Below, in pieces: positions 28,656 through 39,800 of a DNA stretch of 64,000 nucleotides. Below the pieces are notes generated by a model. The model was not told where the DNA came from. It worked only from the letters and a program-made list of their open reading frames with translations, and did no database searches. The DNA lies in contig CAWFGE010000010.1 in the NCBI GenBank assembly GCA_963815195.1, positions 64,001 to 128,000 of the forward strand, in the 5' to 3' direction. Numbering within the stretch: position 1 is the stretch's first letter; each line of letters starts with the position of its first letter. The stretch is from an uncultured Planctomycetaceae bacterium. GTDB lineage: Bacteria; Planctomycetota; Planctomycetia; Planctomycetales; Planctomycetaceae. The translations under genes were made by a program, and so were the position numbers.

Positions 28656-28766
28656 ATGTATAGACGAGTCAACCTGGGCGCATCGGTTTGCTCGACGCCG
28701 ATCGTGGCCAACAACGTGCTGTACATTGCCAACAAAAACACGCTGTTCGCGGCTTGGGTTCAATGA
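28656..28766 (+). pseudogene. orphan C-terminal fragment of a PQQ-like beta-propeller gene
   Basis: translates to MYRRVNLGASVCSTPIVANNVLYIANKNTLFAAWVQ*; compare MNMGNTVYTTPIVANNVLFIANKNTLYAIAK at ~54420-54512. Confidence 0.7.
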
Positions 28767-30883
28767 ATGTGTTGGCAAAAGTGAGCCGAAGGCGCTAGCG
28801 AACCTCGGGTTTCCATGAAGCGAAACCCACGAAATCCCGACCGGCAGCTCGCGCCGTGCCGCTCACTTTGGCGCGCAGCGGAGTCAGCGGTCGGCGTGTT
28901 GTTCCGGGCGCGGAGGGTGTTCAGAAAGGCAAGGATCCGCTGCCGTTTTTTGGTGGGCATCATAAAGAAGCGGATCGCCGCGTCGGAGCCTTCGCCGCCG
29001 TGAAAGGCGATCGCTTGCTCCACGGTGTCGGCCCGGCCGTCGTGCAGGTAGGGCGCGGAATCTCTGAGCCCCCACAACGGAGGCGTCCGCCATTCCGAAG
29101 CCGCGGGGCCTTTGGGTTTTTCCCGTTGCGCGGTCGCCCGCGGCCGTCCTGCGCTGCTCCGCGGTCCCGCATTCTCGTCCGGCTTGGGTTCCGGGCCGAT
29201 GACTTTGGGGGCCTCCTGCGTCAGCGGATCAAACTCCTGCGGCGTAAAACTGGACCCGTAGCTGCCCGAGGCTTGCAGTTTTTCGCCCATGTCGTGCAGC
29301 AACAGGTCGCTGTAAATCCCCTTGGCTTTTCCCAAGTCGGCGGCATGGCACGCCGCACAGCCGACGGACTCGAACAACTTCCGGCCGTCTTCGATCACCT
29401 CCGCCGCCTGTTTGTCATCGGGAACTTCTTGAATCGGGGCCGGCAGGTCGCGGACATAAGCCACGAGCGCATCGGTTTCCCGCTCGGTCATGTCGTGGCC
29501 TTTGCGCTCTTGCTGTTTCCCATAAGGCACGGGCGGTTGGGCGTGCTGGGGGACGTCCAATCCCAACTCGTTCGCGCACGCCGCGAGGGTGAAATCCCGC
29601 AGCGTCGCTTTTTGGGCCTTCCAGCCGAACCGGCCGATCTTGCCGTCGGGCAAATGGTGCACCCGGCCTTTGACGCGCGGATAATCTTCAAAAGTCTTTT
29701 GAGCGGCCGCTTCGATGACGGCATCCGGAATCGCGTCGATCAGCCCGGAGCCAAACAGGGCCGAGGTGTTCCGCTGCGACCGCAACAGGACAACCCGGCC
29801 ACGGTTGATCGAACCGGAAACATCCTGCCGGGCCCCGCGGCGCTGACGCTCCATTTCCTGGATGGCTTGATCGACCAGCGGAATCCCCGTCGCGCTGGTC
29901 CCACCTAAGACGAATGTTTGGTCAACCATTTGCGGCTGGGCGATGGGCTGTTGGGGCGGAGCCACGGGGGCCGGCCGGAATTGCTGTCCGGGAGCCTCTT
30001 GCACCGGAGAATCCACTTTCGGCGGATCGCTGGGAATGTCGGCGGGGACCCTTGCGGGTGTGCCTTCCGTCGGGACCTCCTCGCCGGCCTGAGCAAATGG
30101 GGCTTGTTGATCGGCAGGTTGAAATGCAGGATTGCGTTCCGGGGCCGGTTCTTCGAACGTGGCCACTGCGGTGGACGTGAACGCTGTTGTCGGATTCGGA
30201 AACGTATCCAACGTATTCACAGCGCTGGGACTGAGAAAAGGCGAAGGGACCTGAGATTGATTCAGCAACTCCTCTCGCCATTGGGAATGCTCGGGCGACG
30301 TGCCAAAGCGATGGATCACGACGCTGGAACTCTTGCGAAATTCGGGATGGATCTTGGCAAGTTCCTCGGTGATCGCCTTCCGTTGTTCCGGTGTCACGAC
30401 CGGAATAGTGGAGCCCGTCTGGTTCGGTGCTGCCGGACCGGCAAAGGGAACCGCGCCGCCACCAAATCCGCCGGGCAATGGACCTGACGTGCCGCCGGGC
30501 ATCGTCGCAGGACCAGGCCCATTAAAGACCATCGGCTGCGAGACGAACGCCGTCAAGAGTTCCACGTTTTTGCTCGAAGAGCCGCCGCCGCCCGGACCGC
30601 CCTGGTTATGGCATGCGGCGCAGGACGTGTCGTTAAACATCGGCCCCAAGCCGTCACCTTGGGGACTGCGGGGATCGTCCGGCAGCCAACTCCGATGAAA
30701 CAACTCCCGCCCCAAAGTCCACTCGTCCTCCGAGGCGTCTGTTTGAGCCGAGGCCGCTTTGGAACGCGATGGTTCCCCCGCCCGCGCGGGCAACAACCGC
30801 CCGGCCCCCCAACCGATCCCCGCGATCGCGAGGGCCAATCCCGCCAGCCACCATCCACGCCGCGTCCACAAGGTCCGTTGCAT
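28760..30883 (-). CDS. di-heme oxidoreductase (DHOR/DUF1111-like) c-type cytochrome
   Basis: DGLGP, SCAACH, GRFGWK, GCAACH, WRTPPLWG, YLHDGRA; GGGAGG upstream of ATG 30883; true stop is probably 28884 if one base is missing. Confidence 0.85.
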   Translation of the reverse strand: MQRTLWTRRGWWLAGLALAIAGIGWGAGRLLPARAGEPSRSKAASAQTDASEDEWTLGRELFHRSWLPDDPRSPQGDGLGPMFNDTSCAACHNQGGPGGGGSSSKNVELLTAFVSQPMVFNGPGPATMPGGTSGPLPGGFGGGAVPFAGPAAPNQTGSTIPVVTPEQRKAITEELAKIHPEFRKSSSVVIHRFGTSPEHSQWREELLNQSQVPSPFLSPSAVNTLDTFPNPTTAFTSTAVATFEEPAPERNPAFQPADQQAPFAQAGEEVPTEGTPARVPADIPSDPPKVDSPVQEAPGQQFRPAPVAPPQQPIAQPQMVDQTFVLGGTSATGIPLVDQAIQEMERQRRGARQDVSGSINRGRVVLLRSQRNTSALFGSGLIDAIPDAVIEAAAQKTFEDYPRVKGRVHHLPDGKIGRFGWKAQKATLRDFTLAACANELGLDVPQHAQPPVPYGKQQERKGHDMTERETDALVAYVRDLPAPIQEVPDDKQAAEVIEDGRKLFESVGCAACHAADLGKAKGIYSDLLLHDMGEKLQASGSYGSSFTPQEFDPLTQEAPKVIGPEPKPDENAGPRSSAGRPRATAQREKPKGPAASEWRTPPLWGLRDSAPYLHDGRADTVEQAIAFHGGEGSDAAIRFFMMPTKKRQRILAFLNTLRARNNTPTADSAARQSERHGASCRSGFRGFRFMETRGSLAPSAHFCQHIH
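28781..28866. repeat. REP family A inverted doublet
   Basis: GTGAGCCGAAGGCGCTAGC ... ACCGGCAGCTCGCGCCGTGCCGCTCAC. Confidence 0.75.
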
Positions 30884-31531
30884 ACCATCCTCCCTGTGTT
30901 GAGGTGAAGAGAACGCCATCGCTGTTCCTCTCGAATTAAAGGAAGTCCCGTGGGCCTTTGCAAGGCCCAAGACAAAAAGTCTTCGCCCGCGTCGATGATA
31001 CCAAGAAATGGCCCGGAATCCGTAACGGGAACGTAACAACCCGCCGCGTCGCGGGATGTATGAAAAACAAAGTGACGCTTCCATCGGGCCCACTGCTCTT
31101 TGTCAAAAAAGTGAAAAACGATTGGCCCCGGACGGTGCCACCACCCCCGCGGGAAAACCCTAATGACGTTGGTAGTTGTCTCTATTTCTGAGTCGCCGAA
31201 CCTGATCGCGAGGGATTGTTGTATCTCATTCAAAAACATGGAGTTACGCCAATTATTGAGCCGCGGGACCTCAAGTTTTTATTATCGTGCTGGAACCGGA
31301 ACGTCGGCGTGGCAAAAACAGGAGAGGGACGTCCGAAAAAGTCAGCTGTGATTTTTTGAAAAAATCCGTGATCCTTCGGCCTCCGTTTGCGTATCTATCT
31401 ATAGGGAAATCTTGTTTCCCTTTCCCAATGTGGATTCCCACAAGCGTTCGCGAATCGAATCCTCTGTCTCATTTCCAACACCTCCATTCCCCGAATGGGG
31501 CGCACAAATCTTTTGTCGGAGATGGTCCCTC

Positions 31532-32542
31532 ATGGCTTCCGAAAAAACTTTAGCCGCGTACACCCGCAAGGAATTGGCCCAGATCGCGAAGCACAACAAG
31601 GTGGACGGCTGGCATGCGATGAAAAAGGCCGACCTGATCGATGCCCTCAAAAACCGCCGGCTGGCCAAAATTCCGCCTGAGAAATCCCACACCGAGCGCA
31701 GTCGGGCCCTTCGCCGGGCGGACGAAACACCGTCCCGCGTCACGCTGCGGCGCACGTCCAAAGCGTCGTCCGACCAAAAGCCCGCCACCCCCAGGCCGCT
31801 CCGGCTTAAGGCAAATGCCGCCGGCGGACAGAGCGAACGCATCGCCGCCCGCCCCCTCGGTTCGAATTGGATTTACGCCCATTGGCTGTTGACGAGCCGG
31901 ATTCTCGACCGGGCGGAAGCCTCCCTGGGCTCGCATTGGCATCGGGCGGTGCCCGTGCTGCGGATGTTCGACATCACCGCCTGCGACGAGACGAGCCCTA
32001 CGAAGCGATCTGTGGCGACGATTCCCATCGGGTCCGCGGTCGACCATTGGTATGTCCCCGTCGCCGATCCGAGCCGGACTTACGAACTGCAAGTCGGCTA
32101 CGAAACCGCGAAGGGGCAATTCTTCCTGTTGGCCCGTTCCACGCCGGTGAAACTTCCGTTGCCCGGAACGCCCCTGGCGCGGAAGTACGACGAGCAGCGG
32201 CACGAAATCGCCCCGCAAGGCTGGGCCGGCGATCCGGGCCACCGGTTTCCGATTCGCGGTTCGGCCGCGTTTCGTTTTGCGGACGCGGTGTCTTTGGAGG
32301 TGGAAGCCGACGTGATGATCACGGGCCAGGTGTCCCCGGACGCCGTGCTGTCCTGCCAGGAATCGGAGGTGCCCGTGGAAGCCGACGGCACGTTTGAAAT
32401 CCGCCTGCCGTTGGAAGAAGGCCGCCAAGTGATCCCGCTGGAAGCGGTCGCGGCCGACGGGTCCCAAAGCCAAACCGTGATCCTGGCGATCGAGCGAAAC
32501 ACCAAAACCCTGGAACCGCAGCCACTCAACGAGTGGGAATAA
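31532..32542 (+). CDS. DUF4912 domain protein with Rho-N-like N-terminus
   Basis: TRKELAQIAK...MKKADLIDAL; WIYAHW...VLRMFDIT...WYV; VILAIERNTK. Confidence 0.8.
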   Translation: MASEKTLAAYTRKELAQIAKHNKVDGWHAMKKADLIDALKNRRLAKIPPEKSHTERSRALRRADETPSRVTLRRTSKASSDQKPATPRPLRLKANAAGGQSERIAARPLGSNWIYAHWLLTSRILDRAEASLGSHWHRAVPVLRMFDITACDETSPTKRSVATIPIGSAVDHWYVPVADPSRTYELQVGYETAKGQFFLLARSTPVKLPLPGTPLARKYDEQRHEIAPQGWAGDPGHRFPIRGSAAFRFADAVSLEVEADVMITGQVSPDAVLSCQESEVPVEADGTFEIRLPLEEGRQVIPLEAVAADGSQSQTVILAIERNTKTLEPQPLNEWE

Positions 32543-32578
32543 GGCGAGCGGACCAACCTGCGGCCGGTGCCCGCGTAA
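32542..32578. repeat. 37-nt mini-element, copy 1 (intergenic)
   Basis: 35/37 identical to 47321-47357. Confidence 0.85.
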
Positions 32579-32952
32579 TGCCTCAAAAGTTTGCGCAGAC
32601 TTGTCTCGCATTTGACCCGCATTTCGACGGGATTCTCTATCATTGTGAACCACCAGGGGCCCCCGCTCGCCTTTGCATTCGGCACAGTCCGCCAAACCGC
32701 TCCAACCGTCGCGCCCGCAAACTTCCCTGTGTTTATCAATCTTTCCGGGCCGGCAAAGTCTGTTCAGAAACTTTGCCGATTGAATAATAAATGCGGGCGA
32801 TGAATTCATCGCCTAGGAGCAAGCACAAATCTCGCGCGACGGATCGTTCATGCCAGTCTCAACGTTGGCGAGCGGCTAGGGCGCTTCGACGAATGAAACG
32901 TTCTCTTCGCGAGCCGACTGAGCAAAACCCCGTTGAAAGGTTCAAAGCTCTT

Positions 32953-33288
32953 ATGGCGAACGACGTGAATCCGGCCCCCGACACCCTCGTGGTGGACCGC
33001 CGATCCGAGGACCGCCGCACCTCGGATCGACGCACCAAAAACGACCCCCAACAAGTCACCACCGAACGCCGCGTCGCACCACGGCGAAAAGTGGAACGCC
33101 GGCGGCAAATCGACCCCACAACCTGCGAACGCGATTACTCCGGCGATGAGATCGAATTTATGAAGGCCATGGACGAATACAAGCGGCAAAGCGGCCGGCA
33201 GTTCCCCACGTGGAGCGAAGTTTTGGAGGTCATCCGCAGCCTGGGCTATCGGAAGGTGGCCGAACCCACGCAGATTTTCAAATCCTAA
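32953..33288 (+). CDS. small protein with (D/E)RR repeats
   Basis: [13 protein letters not shown]...[15 protein letters not shown]...[10 protein letters not shown]. Confidence 0.8.
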   Translation: MANDVNPAPDTLVVDRRSEDRRTSDRRTKNDPQQVTTERRVAPRRKVERRRQIDPTTCERDYSGDEIEFMKAMDEYKRQSGRQFPTWSEVLEVIRSLGYRKVAEPTQIFKS

Positions 33289-33350
33289 ACCCCACAAACC
33301 ACGCGAAAAGAAACCGAGACGAGACGCAACGCAACGAAAACCCTTGGGAA

Positions 33351-33393
33351 AAAATCCCCCGCCGGCAGGACGCCTGCGGGGGATTTTGTTTTT
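33351..33393 (+). terminator. intrinsic terminator
   Basis: AAAATCCCCCGC/GCGGGGGATTTT followed by a T-tract. Confidence 0.75.
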
Positions 33394-33622
33394 CCCGCGT
33401 TCGATTTGGTCCATCAAGACAAATCGAGCCACAAGCATACCTCGAAATGACCCGCCCGCCAAAAATCGAAAGTTTTTTGAAGACCGATTGCGAACCCTTG
33501 GAAAATTGTTATGGTGAAATGAAGAAGCGAAAACTTCTGAAACATTCATACGGAGAATTCCCTACCGGAAATGGGAGAACCGGGTTTGGGGGTGCTTCGT
33601 AATTTCCCAAGGGACCATCCCC

Positions 33623-34018
33623 ATGACGATCAGCAGCAAGCAAGCCCCGCGGTTGCGTTATCACCCGAGCGCCTATCGTTTTGTCTCCGCGGCCCTGCCT
33701 TATGCTCAAAAAATTCTCAGCCGCACCTACACGGTCGGCGTGGATGATGACAGCGCCCACATCACCGGCCCCGAACTCCTCGAAGGCATCCGCCGGTTCG
33801 CGATCGAAAACTTCGGGCTGTTGACGCTCGCCGTGTTTCGCCGCTGGGGCATCCGCGCCACCGACGACTTCGGACGGATCGTGTTTGAACTGATCGACCG
33901 CGGCGAGATGCGGAAGACCGACCGCGATCAGCTCAGCGATTTCTTCGGCGTCTACGATTTCGAAGACGTGTTCGACCGGGATTATCACATCGACACCAGC
34001 CGGGCCTTCCCCAAGTGA
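33623..34018 (+). CDS. Minf_1886-like protein (Verrucomicrobia/Planctomycetes)
   Basis: AYRFV...HITGPELLEG...FGLL...WGI..TDDFGRIVF.LI. Confidence 0.85.
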   Translation: MTISSKQAPRLRYHPSAYRFVSAALPYAQKILSRTYTVGVDDDSAHITGPELLEGIRRFAIENFGLLTLAVFRRWGIRATDDFGRIVFELIDRGEMRKTDRDQLSDFFGVYDFEDVFDRDYHIDTSRAFPK

Positions 34019-34048
34019 CGGGGCAGGTCTCTGCAAAGGAATGATGGC

Positions 34049-34537
34049 TTGACCGCAAAACAGAAATCGCCCGCGGACGCGCCCCCCTCGGCAAATGATG
34101 AGCAAGTTTCCGCTTCGCCGCCCTCCAAGTCCCGCGGGCGGCTGATCTTCGCGGCGGGTTTTGCCGGGCTTTGGGTTTTGGGGTTGATCGTGCTCGCGAT
34201 GCTGACCGCCAATCCGGTCACGCTCAATCGACAGCAAATCCTCGGCTCGGATTACGTCGCCACCGCCGTCCGGAAGGACGCGGACTCCCCCGTGCTCGAA
34301 GTCCAGAAGGAATGGAAGCACGGGGAGAAACTCGGCGAGATCACGATCACGAATTTGAGCGACATCGACATGCCGGCCGGGCGGGAGTTTCTTGTCCCGC
34401 TGGAGCAGATGGGCCGGAATCGCTTCCTGGTGACGCCCACCGCACTTCCCAACAAGGCCCCCCTCATCTATCCCGCCACGCCGGAGTCCAAAGCGCAGCT
34501 CAAAGACATTCTCGGTCAGCGCGAAACGGCCGAATGA
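34049..34537 (+). CDS. single-TM hypothetical protein
   Basis: one TM followed by ANPVTLNRQQI...LIYPAT; start uncertain. Confidence 0.7.
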   Translation: MTAKQKSPADAPPSANDEQVSASPPSKSRGRLIFAAGFAGLWVLGLIVLAMLTANPVTLNRQQILGSDYVATAVRKDADSPVLEVQKEWKHGEKLGEITITNLSDIDMPAGREFLVPLEQMGRNRFLVTPTALPNKAPLIYPATPESKAQLKDILGQRETAE

Positions 34538-34544
34538 TGCAAAA

Positions 34545-34572
34545 GTGAGCGGCTAGGCGCTAGCCGCCGGTC
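34545..34572 (+). repeat. REP family A single copy
   Basis: GTGAGCGGCTAGGCGCTAGCCGCCGGTC between convergent genes. Confidence 0.75.
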
Positions 34573-34638
34573 TTCGTTTCGAGACTCCGTTCACCAATGC
34601 CGAACCCAGCGGCTCGCTTTTTTAAACACGTTCGGCCA

Positions 34639-36111
34639 TCACGCCAGGATGTCTTTGACGACCCGGCCGTGCACGTCGGTCAGGCGGAAATCCCGGCCCT
34701 GGAAACGGTAGGTCAGGCGTTCGTGGTTGATGCCGAGACAGTGCAGGATCGTGGCGTTGAGGTCGTGAATGTGCACGGGGTTTTCGGTGATGTTGTAGCT
34801 GAAGTCGTCCGTCTCGCCATAGACCTGGCCACCTTTGACGCCGCCGCCGGCCATCCACACGCTAAAGCAGCGCGGATGATGATCGCGGCCGTAGTTGTTT
34901 TTGGTGAGCTTGCCTTGGCAGTAAATCGTACGGCCGAACTCGCCGCCCCAAATCACGAGGGTGTCTTCCAAAAGCCCGCGCTGCTTGAGGTCGGTCAGAA
35001 GCGCTGCGGACGGTTGGTCCACATCGCCGCATTGGAAGCGAATGTCCCGCGGCAAACTCCCGTGCTGATCCCAGCCGCGAATGAAGATTTGCACGAACGG
35101 CACGTCCCGCTCCGCGAGCCGGCGGGCCAACAGACAATTGGCCGCGAAGGTGCCGGGCTTGGTCACTTCGGGGCCGTACATGTCCAGCGTGGCTTTTGTC
35201 TCACCGGAAAGATCCATCAACTCCGGCACCGAAGACTGCATGCGGTAGGCCATCTCGTACTGGGCGATGCGGGTCATAATCTCCGGATCGCCCACGGCCT
35301 CGTATTCCTTCTGGTTGAGCTGATTGAGGGCATCGAGCATTTTCCGGCGGTTCGTGCCGGAGACGCCCGGCGGATCGGACAGATACAGCACCGGATCGCC
35401 CGTCGATCTTAAACTCACTCCCTGATGTTTCGAGGGCAAAAACCCGCTGCCCCAGAGCCTGGCATAAAGCGCCTGGGCATCCCGCTTGGCGCTCCAGGTG
35501 GAATGCAGGACGACGAACGCAGGCAGGTTTTTGTTTTCCTGTCCCAAGCCGTAAGACAACCAGGCCCCCATGCTGGGCCGGCCCGGTTGTTGGGCCCCGG
35601 TTTGGATGTAGGTGATCGCGGGGTCGTGGTTGATGGCTTCGGTGTTGACGGTTTTGATAATCGCCATGTCATCGACGCACTTCGCCGTGTGAGGCAAAAG
35701 CTCGCTGACCCAGGCCCCGCTTTGGCCGTGCTGCGCGAACTTGAACATCGTGGGGGCGATCGGAAACCGCTTCTGTCCGGAGGTCATCGTCGTCAGCCGC
35801 TGCCCCTGCCGGATCGAATCCGGCAAGTCCTTGTCGAACCATTCCTGCATCTTGGGTTTGTAGTCGTACAAATCCAACTGCGAAGGTGCCCCCGACATAA
35901 ACAGGTAAATCACCCGCTTGGCGGTCGGCGGAAAGTGCGTGGATTTCAAAATCCCGCCGCGGCCTTCGAGTGATGTTTCGGCGGTGGGGGTCGCGCCAAA
36001 AAGCTTCGGATTCAAAAGCGAAGCCAAAGCCGCGGTGCCGATGCCGGTCGCGGTCTTGCCGAAAAAATGCCTGCGGGTTTGGAGCAGCGCGGGGTCGTGT
36101 GAGCGAATCAT
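34639..36111 (-). CDS. DUF1501 domain protein (Tat)
   Basis: [47 protein letters not shown]. Confidence 0.92.
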   Translation of the reverse strand: MIRSHDPALLQTRRHFFGKTATGIGTAALASLLNPKLFGATPTAETSLEGRGGILKSTHFPPTAKRVIYLFMSGAPSQLDLYDYKPKMQEWFDKDLPDSIRQGQRLTTMTSGQKRFPIAPTMFKFAQHGQSGAWVSELLPHTAKCVDDMAIIKTVNTEAINHDPAITYIQTGAQQPGRPSMGAWLSYGLGQENKNLPAFVVLHSTWSAKRDAQALYARLWGSGFLPSKHQGVSLRSTGDPVLYLSDPPGVSGTNRRKMLDALNQLNQKEYEAVGDPEIMTRIAQYEMAYRMQSSVPELMDLSGETKATLDMYGPEVTKPGTFAANCLLARRLAERDVPFVQIFIRGWDQHGSLPRDIRFQCGDVDQPSAALLTDLKQRGLLEDTLVIWGGEFGRTIYCQGKLTKNNYGRDHHPRCFSVWMAGGGVKGGQVYGETDDFSYNITENPVHIHDLNATILHCLGINHERLTYRFQGRDFRLTDVHGRVVKDILA

Positions 36112-36134
36112 CAATCGGTCCTCTGTCGTGATTT

Positions 36135-36881
36135 CTATTGGAGTAGGCACATTGTCAGGATATTTCCAGATTCCAGAGACCGCTTGGCGAGGTTGGCCAG
36201 GTCCGTAATCAAATCCGCCGCCGCGTCTTGGTCGTACTCAGCAACGGGAAAGGCGTCCGCTTGTTGCCAGGAAGCGCCAAGGGCGTCGCTGGTTTCCTGC
36301 GAAAGAGCCGCAAGAGCCTTTTGAAAACGGCTCGGAACATTCATCAGCAAAACGACGTCAAGACCCTCGGGATAGATTTCGGCAATCACCGAAAACTCCG
36401 ACTTCACGATTTCCGGTGAAGTCTCCATGAGCAGGCCGTAAAGAGCGAACAGGCTGTCGGCGTCCAGATCGGGAAGCTCCACCCGCTCATCCCAATCGAA
36501 CGGGTCATCGATTTCGCCGATGCGCTCCGCCGGAACGCTGACGAACACCGTATACTCTGCTGCCGCCAACTCCATCCGCGCCCACTCGAAACGGGTTTTC
36601 CATTCATCCGTGCCCGCGGCATAAGAAAGAAACGCCGCGACGACTGCGGTCTTCGTCGGTGTTTCGGCGACGCCAAAGTGTTCCTCAACCGAGCCGTCCT
36701 GGTATTCAAGAAGCATTCCCTCGTCGGGATCGACCATGGCCTGAATGTAAGTCTCGTCGTCTTTCTTGAGGATGGCAAACTGCTCCTCGTCGAGCGTGGA
36801 CACCTCGCGTTCGATCGTCGTTGCATCCGGCTCGCGGAAGACGCGTTCGTCATTGATGTTAAGTTCCATAGGTTTGGCCAT
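36135..36881 (-). CDS. acidic two-domain hypothetical protein
   Basis: clean 248-aa ORF wedged between the DUF1553 and DUF1501 genes. Confidence 0.7.
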   Translation of the reverse strand: MAKPMELNINDERVFREPDATTIEREVSTLDEEQFAILKKDDETYIQAMVDPDEGMLLEYQDGSVEEHFGVAETPTKTAVVAAFLSYAAGTDEWKTRFEWARMELAAAEYTVFVSVPAERIGEIDDPFDWDERVELPDLDADSLFALYGLLMETSPEIVKSEFSVIAEIYPEGLDVVLLMNVPSRFQKALAALSQETSDALGASWQQADAFPVAEYDQDAAADLITDLANLAKRSLESGNILTMCLLQ

Positions 36882-36887
36882 CCCGGA

Positions 36888-39800
36888 TTACCCCTTGGTG
36901 ACGGTTTCATCGAGGTTCAACAGCACGCTGCCGATCATGGTCCACGCGGCGTGCTCGGCGGGATCGAGTTCCATGTTCCGCGGGGAATCGCCCACGGAAA
37001 TCAATTTCATCGCAGCTTCGGCATCTTTGCGGTACGTTTGCAGTTGGTCCTCATAAAGTTTTAAGAGCACGGCCGACTCGTCTTTGGTCGGATAACGGGC
37101 GGTGGCGAGGCGGAAGCCGTGGGCGATCCGCTCTTCCGGCGTGTCGCCGCCAGAGGTCATCAATCGTTCCCCCAAATGCCGGGCCGCCTCGACGAACTGG
37201 ATGTCGTTCATCAGCACCAACGCCTGGAGCGGCGTGTTGGTCCTGGCCCGGCGGACGGTGCACGCCTCCCGGCTCGGGGCGTCGAAGGTGCTCATCGAAG
37301 GCGGCGGCGAGGTGCGTTTCCAGAACGTGTAAACGCTCCGGCGGTAAAGGGCGTTGCCCGCGTCCTTCTTGAAGTTCGCCGTGTTGCTGCTGGTATAACC
37401 GACCGCTTTCCAAAGCCCCGGCGGCTGGTACGGTTTGACGCTCTTGCCGCCGACTTTCTCGACGAGCAAACCGCTGATGGCCAGGGCATTGTCGCGAATC
37501 TCCTCGGCATCCAACCGAAACCTCGGCCCTCTCGCCAAGAGACGATTCTCCGGATCGCCGGCCGCGAGTTTCGGCGAGACCAGCGAGTTTTGCCGGTACG
37601 TGTGCGACATCACGATCAGCTTTTGCATGTGCTTGATGTTCCAGCCGCTGTCGATGAACTCCGTCGCCAGCCAATCCAAAAGAGCCGGATGCGACGGCCA
37701 TTCGCCCTGGGAGCCGAAGTCCTCGGCGGTTTTGACAATCCCGGTGCCGAAGAACCGCTGCCAATACCGGTTGACCGTGACACGGGCCGTCAACGGATGC
37801 TTGGGATCGACGAGCCATCTCGCCAAAGCCAAGCGGTTGGGCGGGGCATCTTTCGGCAAGGCCGGCAAGACCGAGGGCACGCCTGGTTCGACCTTCTGCG
37901 ACTTGTCCGGCTGATCGTATTGGCCCCGCGTGAGCACATACGTCTCCCGCTTGTTGGGCTGTTCGGCCATGATCATCGTGCTCGCCATCGACTTTCGCAG
38001 CGAATCGAGTTCGGCTTCGATCTCGGCGATGTCTTTCCGCAAGGGTGCGAACAGCGGCTGGCTGTCGACGTGGACGTTCTCGATGAAATAGGCCTGGAGC
38101 GTTTGCTGTTGGTCTTTGCTGCGTTTTTCGGGTTCGACTTTGAGAGCCGCCTCGACGTCGGCGGAAAGGTTGGGATTCTTGGCCGCTTTCTGGGCGGCTT
38201 CCCAAGCCAGGAGGGATTGATAGCCCTGCCCCGATTGGGGGGTCTTGGTCACGATCCCCGCGTGGTCCCAATACACGGTGCCGTCGTGCTGCGTGAAGGC
38301 CCAGCCGTTGATCGTCTCGCCGGGTTTCAAACCGACCTCCGCGGCCGCGACTTCCAATCGCACCCATTTGCCCGCTTCGGGAAGCGTTCCGACAGCATGC
38401 CGGCTGGGCGTGTTCGCGGCGCCCCAGGGAATCACATCCTCGCCCCAAATCGCCCGGTGCTCCCAACTGCCGTTGTTGAATTGCAGCATGACTTCCTTGG
38501 GCGGGTTCTTGGGATCGAGCCAAACGTACGCAAACAGCTTGTCGCCTTCGCCGACTTTCAAGCCGGGGTTGGCATTGGTGAAAAAGTGCTGCGTCAATCC
38601 GTTGGATGTGCGAACCGAGGACTTGATGCCGGCGTAAACCGGAGCCTTGGGCGCGGTCACGAACTTCCAGCTTTTTTTCGGGCCTTCGTTTCCCGCCGGC
38701 TGTGCGCCGCTGGGCAAGTCATCTTCGATCCACACAAAATCCCGCGGCTCCCCGGAAATGGCCGGGGCATCGTCCGGCTCCTCGTATTTCACCTCGGCGG
38801 CCCGTTGTTTGATCTTCCCGCGAATCGCCGCGATCTGGTTCTGGAGTTCCGTTTCCTTTTGAAGATCTTCTTCAGACGCCACCTTGATGACCGGCGGCGG
38901 CAAAAGGGCGTTGCCGTCCATCGCATTGTCGGCGGTGTTATTGAAGTACGCATACAGACTGTAAAATTCCTGCTGCGAGATCGGGTCGAACTTGTGCTCG
39001 TGACACACCGCGCAACCGACCGTCAGACCCATCCACACCGTCGCGGTGGTCTCGGTGCGGTCGATCGCATACCGCACGCGATATTCCTCCGCGATCGAAC
39101 CACCCTCGCTCGTCGTCACGTTGCAGCGGTTGAAGCCCGTCGCGATTTTCTGATCGAGCGTGGCGCTCGGCAGCAAATCGCCCGCCAACTGCTCCACGGT
39201 GAACTGATCGAAAGGCTTGTTGTTGTTGAAGGAGTCCATGACCCAATTCCGGTAAGGCCACAGCGAGCGTTCGTTGTCCAGGTGCAAGCCGTGCGTGTCC
39301 CCATACCGGGCCGCGTCCAACCAATACCGGGCCAGATGCTCTCCATACCGCGGCGACCTGAGCAGCCGATCCACCACTTTTTCATAAGCATCGGGAGAGT
39401 CGTCGGCGAGAAAGTCATCGATCTCCTTCAGCGTCGGCGGCAACCCGGTCAAATCAAACGTCACCCGCCGAATGAGGGCGGTCTTCGATGCTTCCTGGGC
39501 CGGCTGGAGGCCTTCTTTTTCCAGGCGGGCGTAGACGAACTGGTCGATCGGATTGCGGACCTTCTCCGGCCATTTGGTTTTCGGGGGCTGTTGATGTTCC
39601 GGAGAAATAAACGCCCAATGCCCGCGCCATTCGGCTCCCTGGTCGATCCAGCGGCCGATGAGTTCGATCTCCTTCGCGGAAAGCTCCTTGCCGCTGTCGG
39701 CCGGCGGCATGCGGAGGGAGGAATCGCTCTGTGTGATCCGCTGATAGAGTTGGCTCTGTTTGCGGTCGCCGGGCACGATCGCGCGGCCGCCGGATTCCAG

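Noticed and set aside
28656..28766. Stub as a DGR template repeat for the PQQ gene
   Set aside because: Differences are not confined to adenines and are largely synonymous in the core
28760..28883. REP translated as the C-terminus of the di-heme protein
   Set aside because: One extra C near 28907 gives LRAPEQHADR* ending at 28884, before the REP; likely an indel artefact
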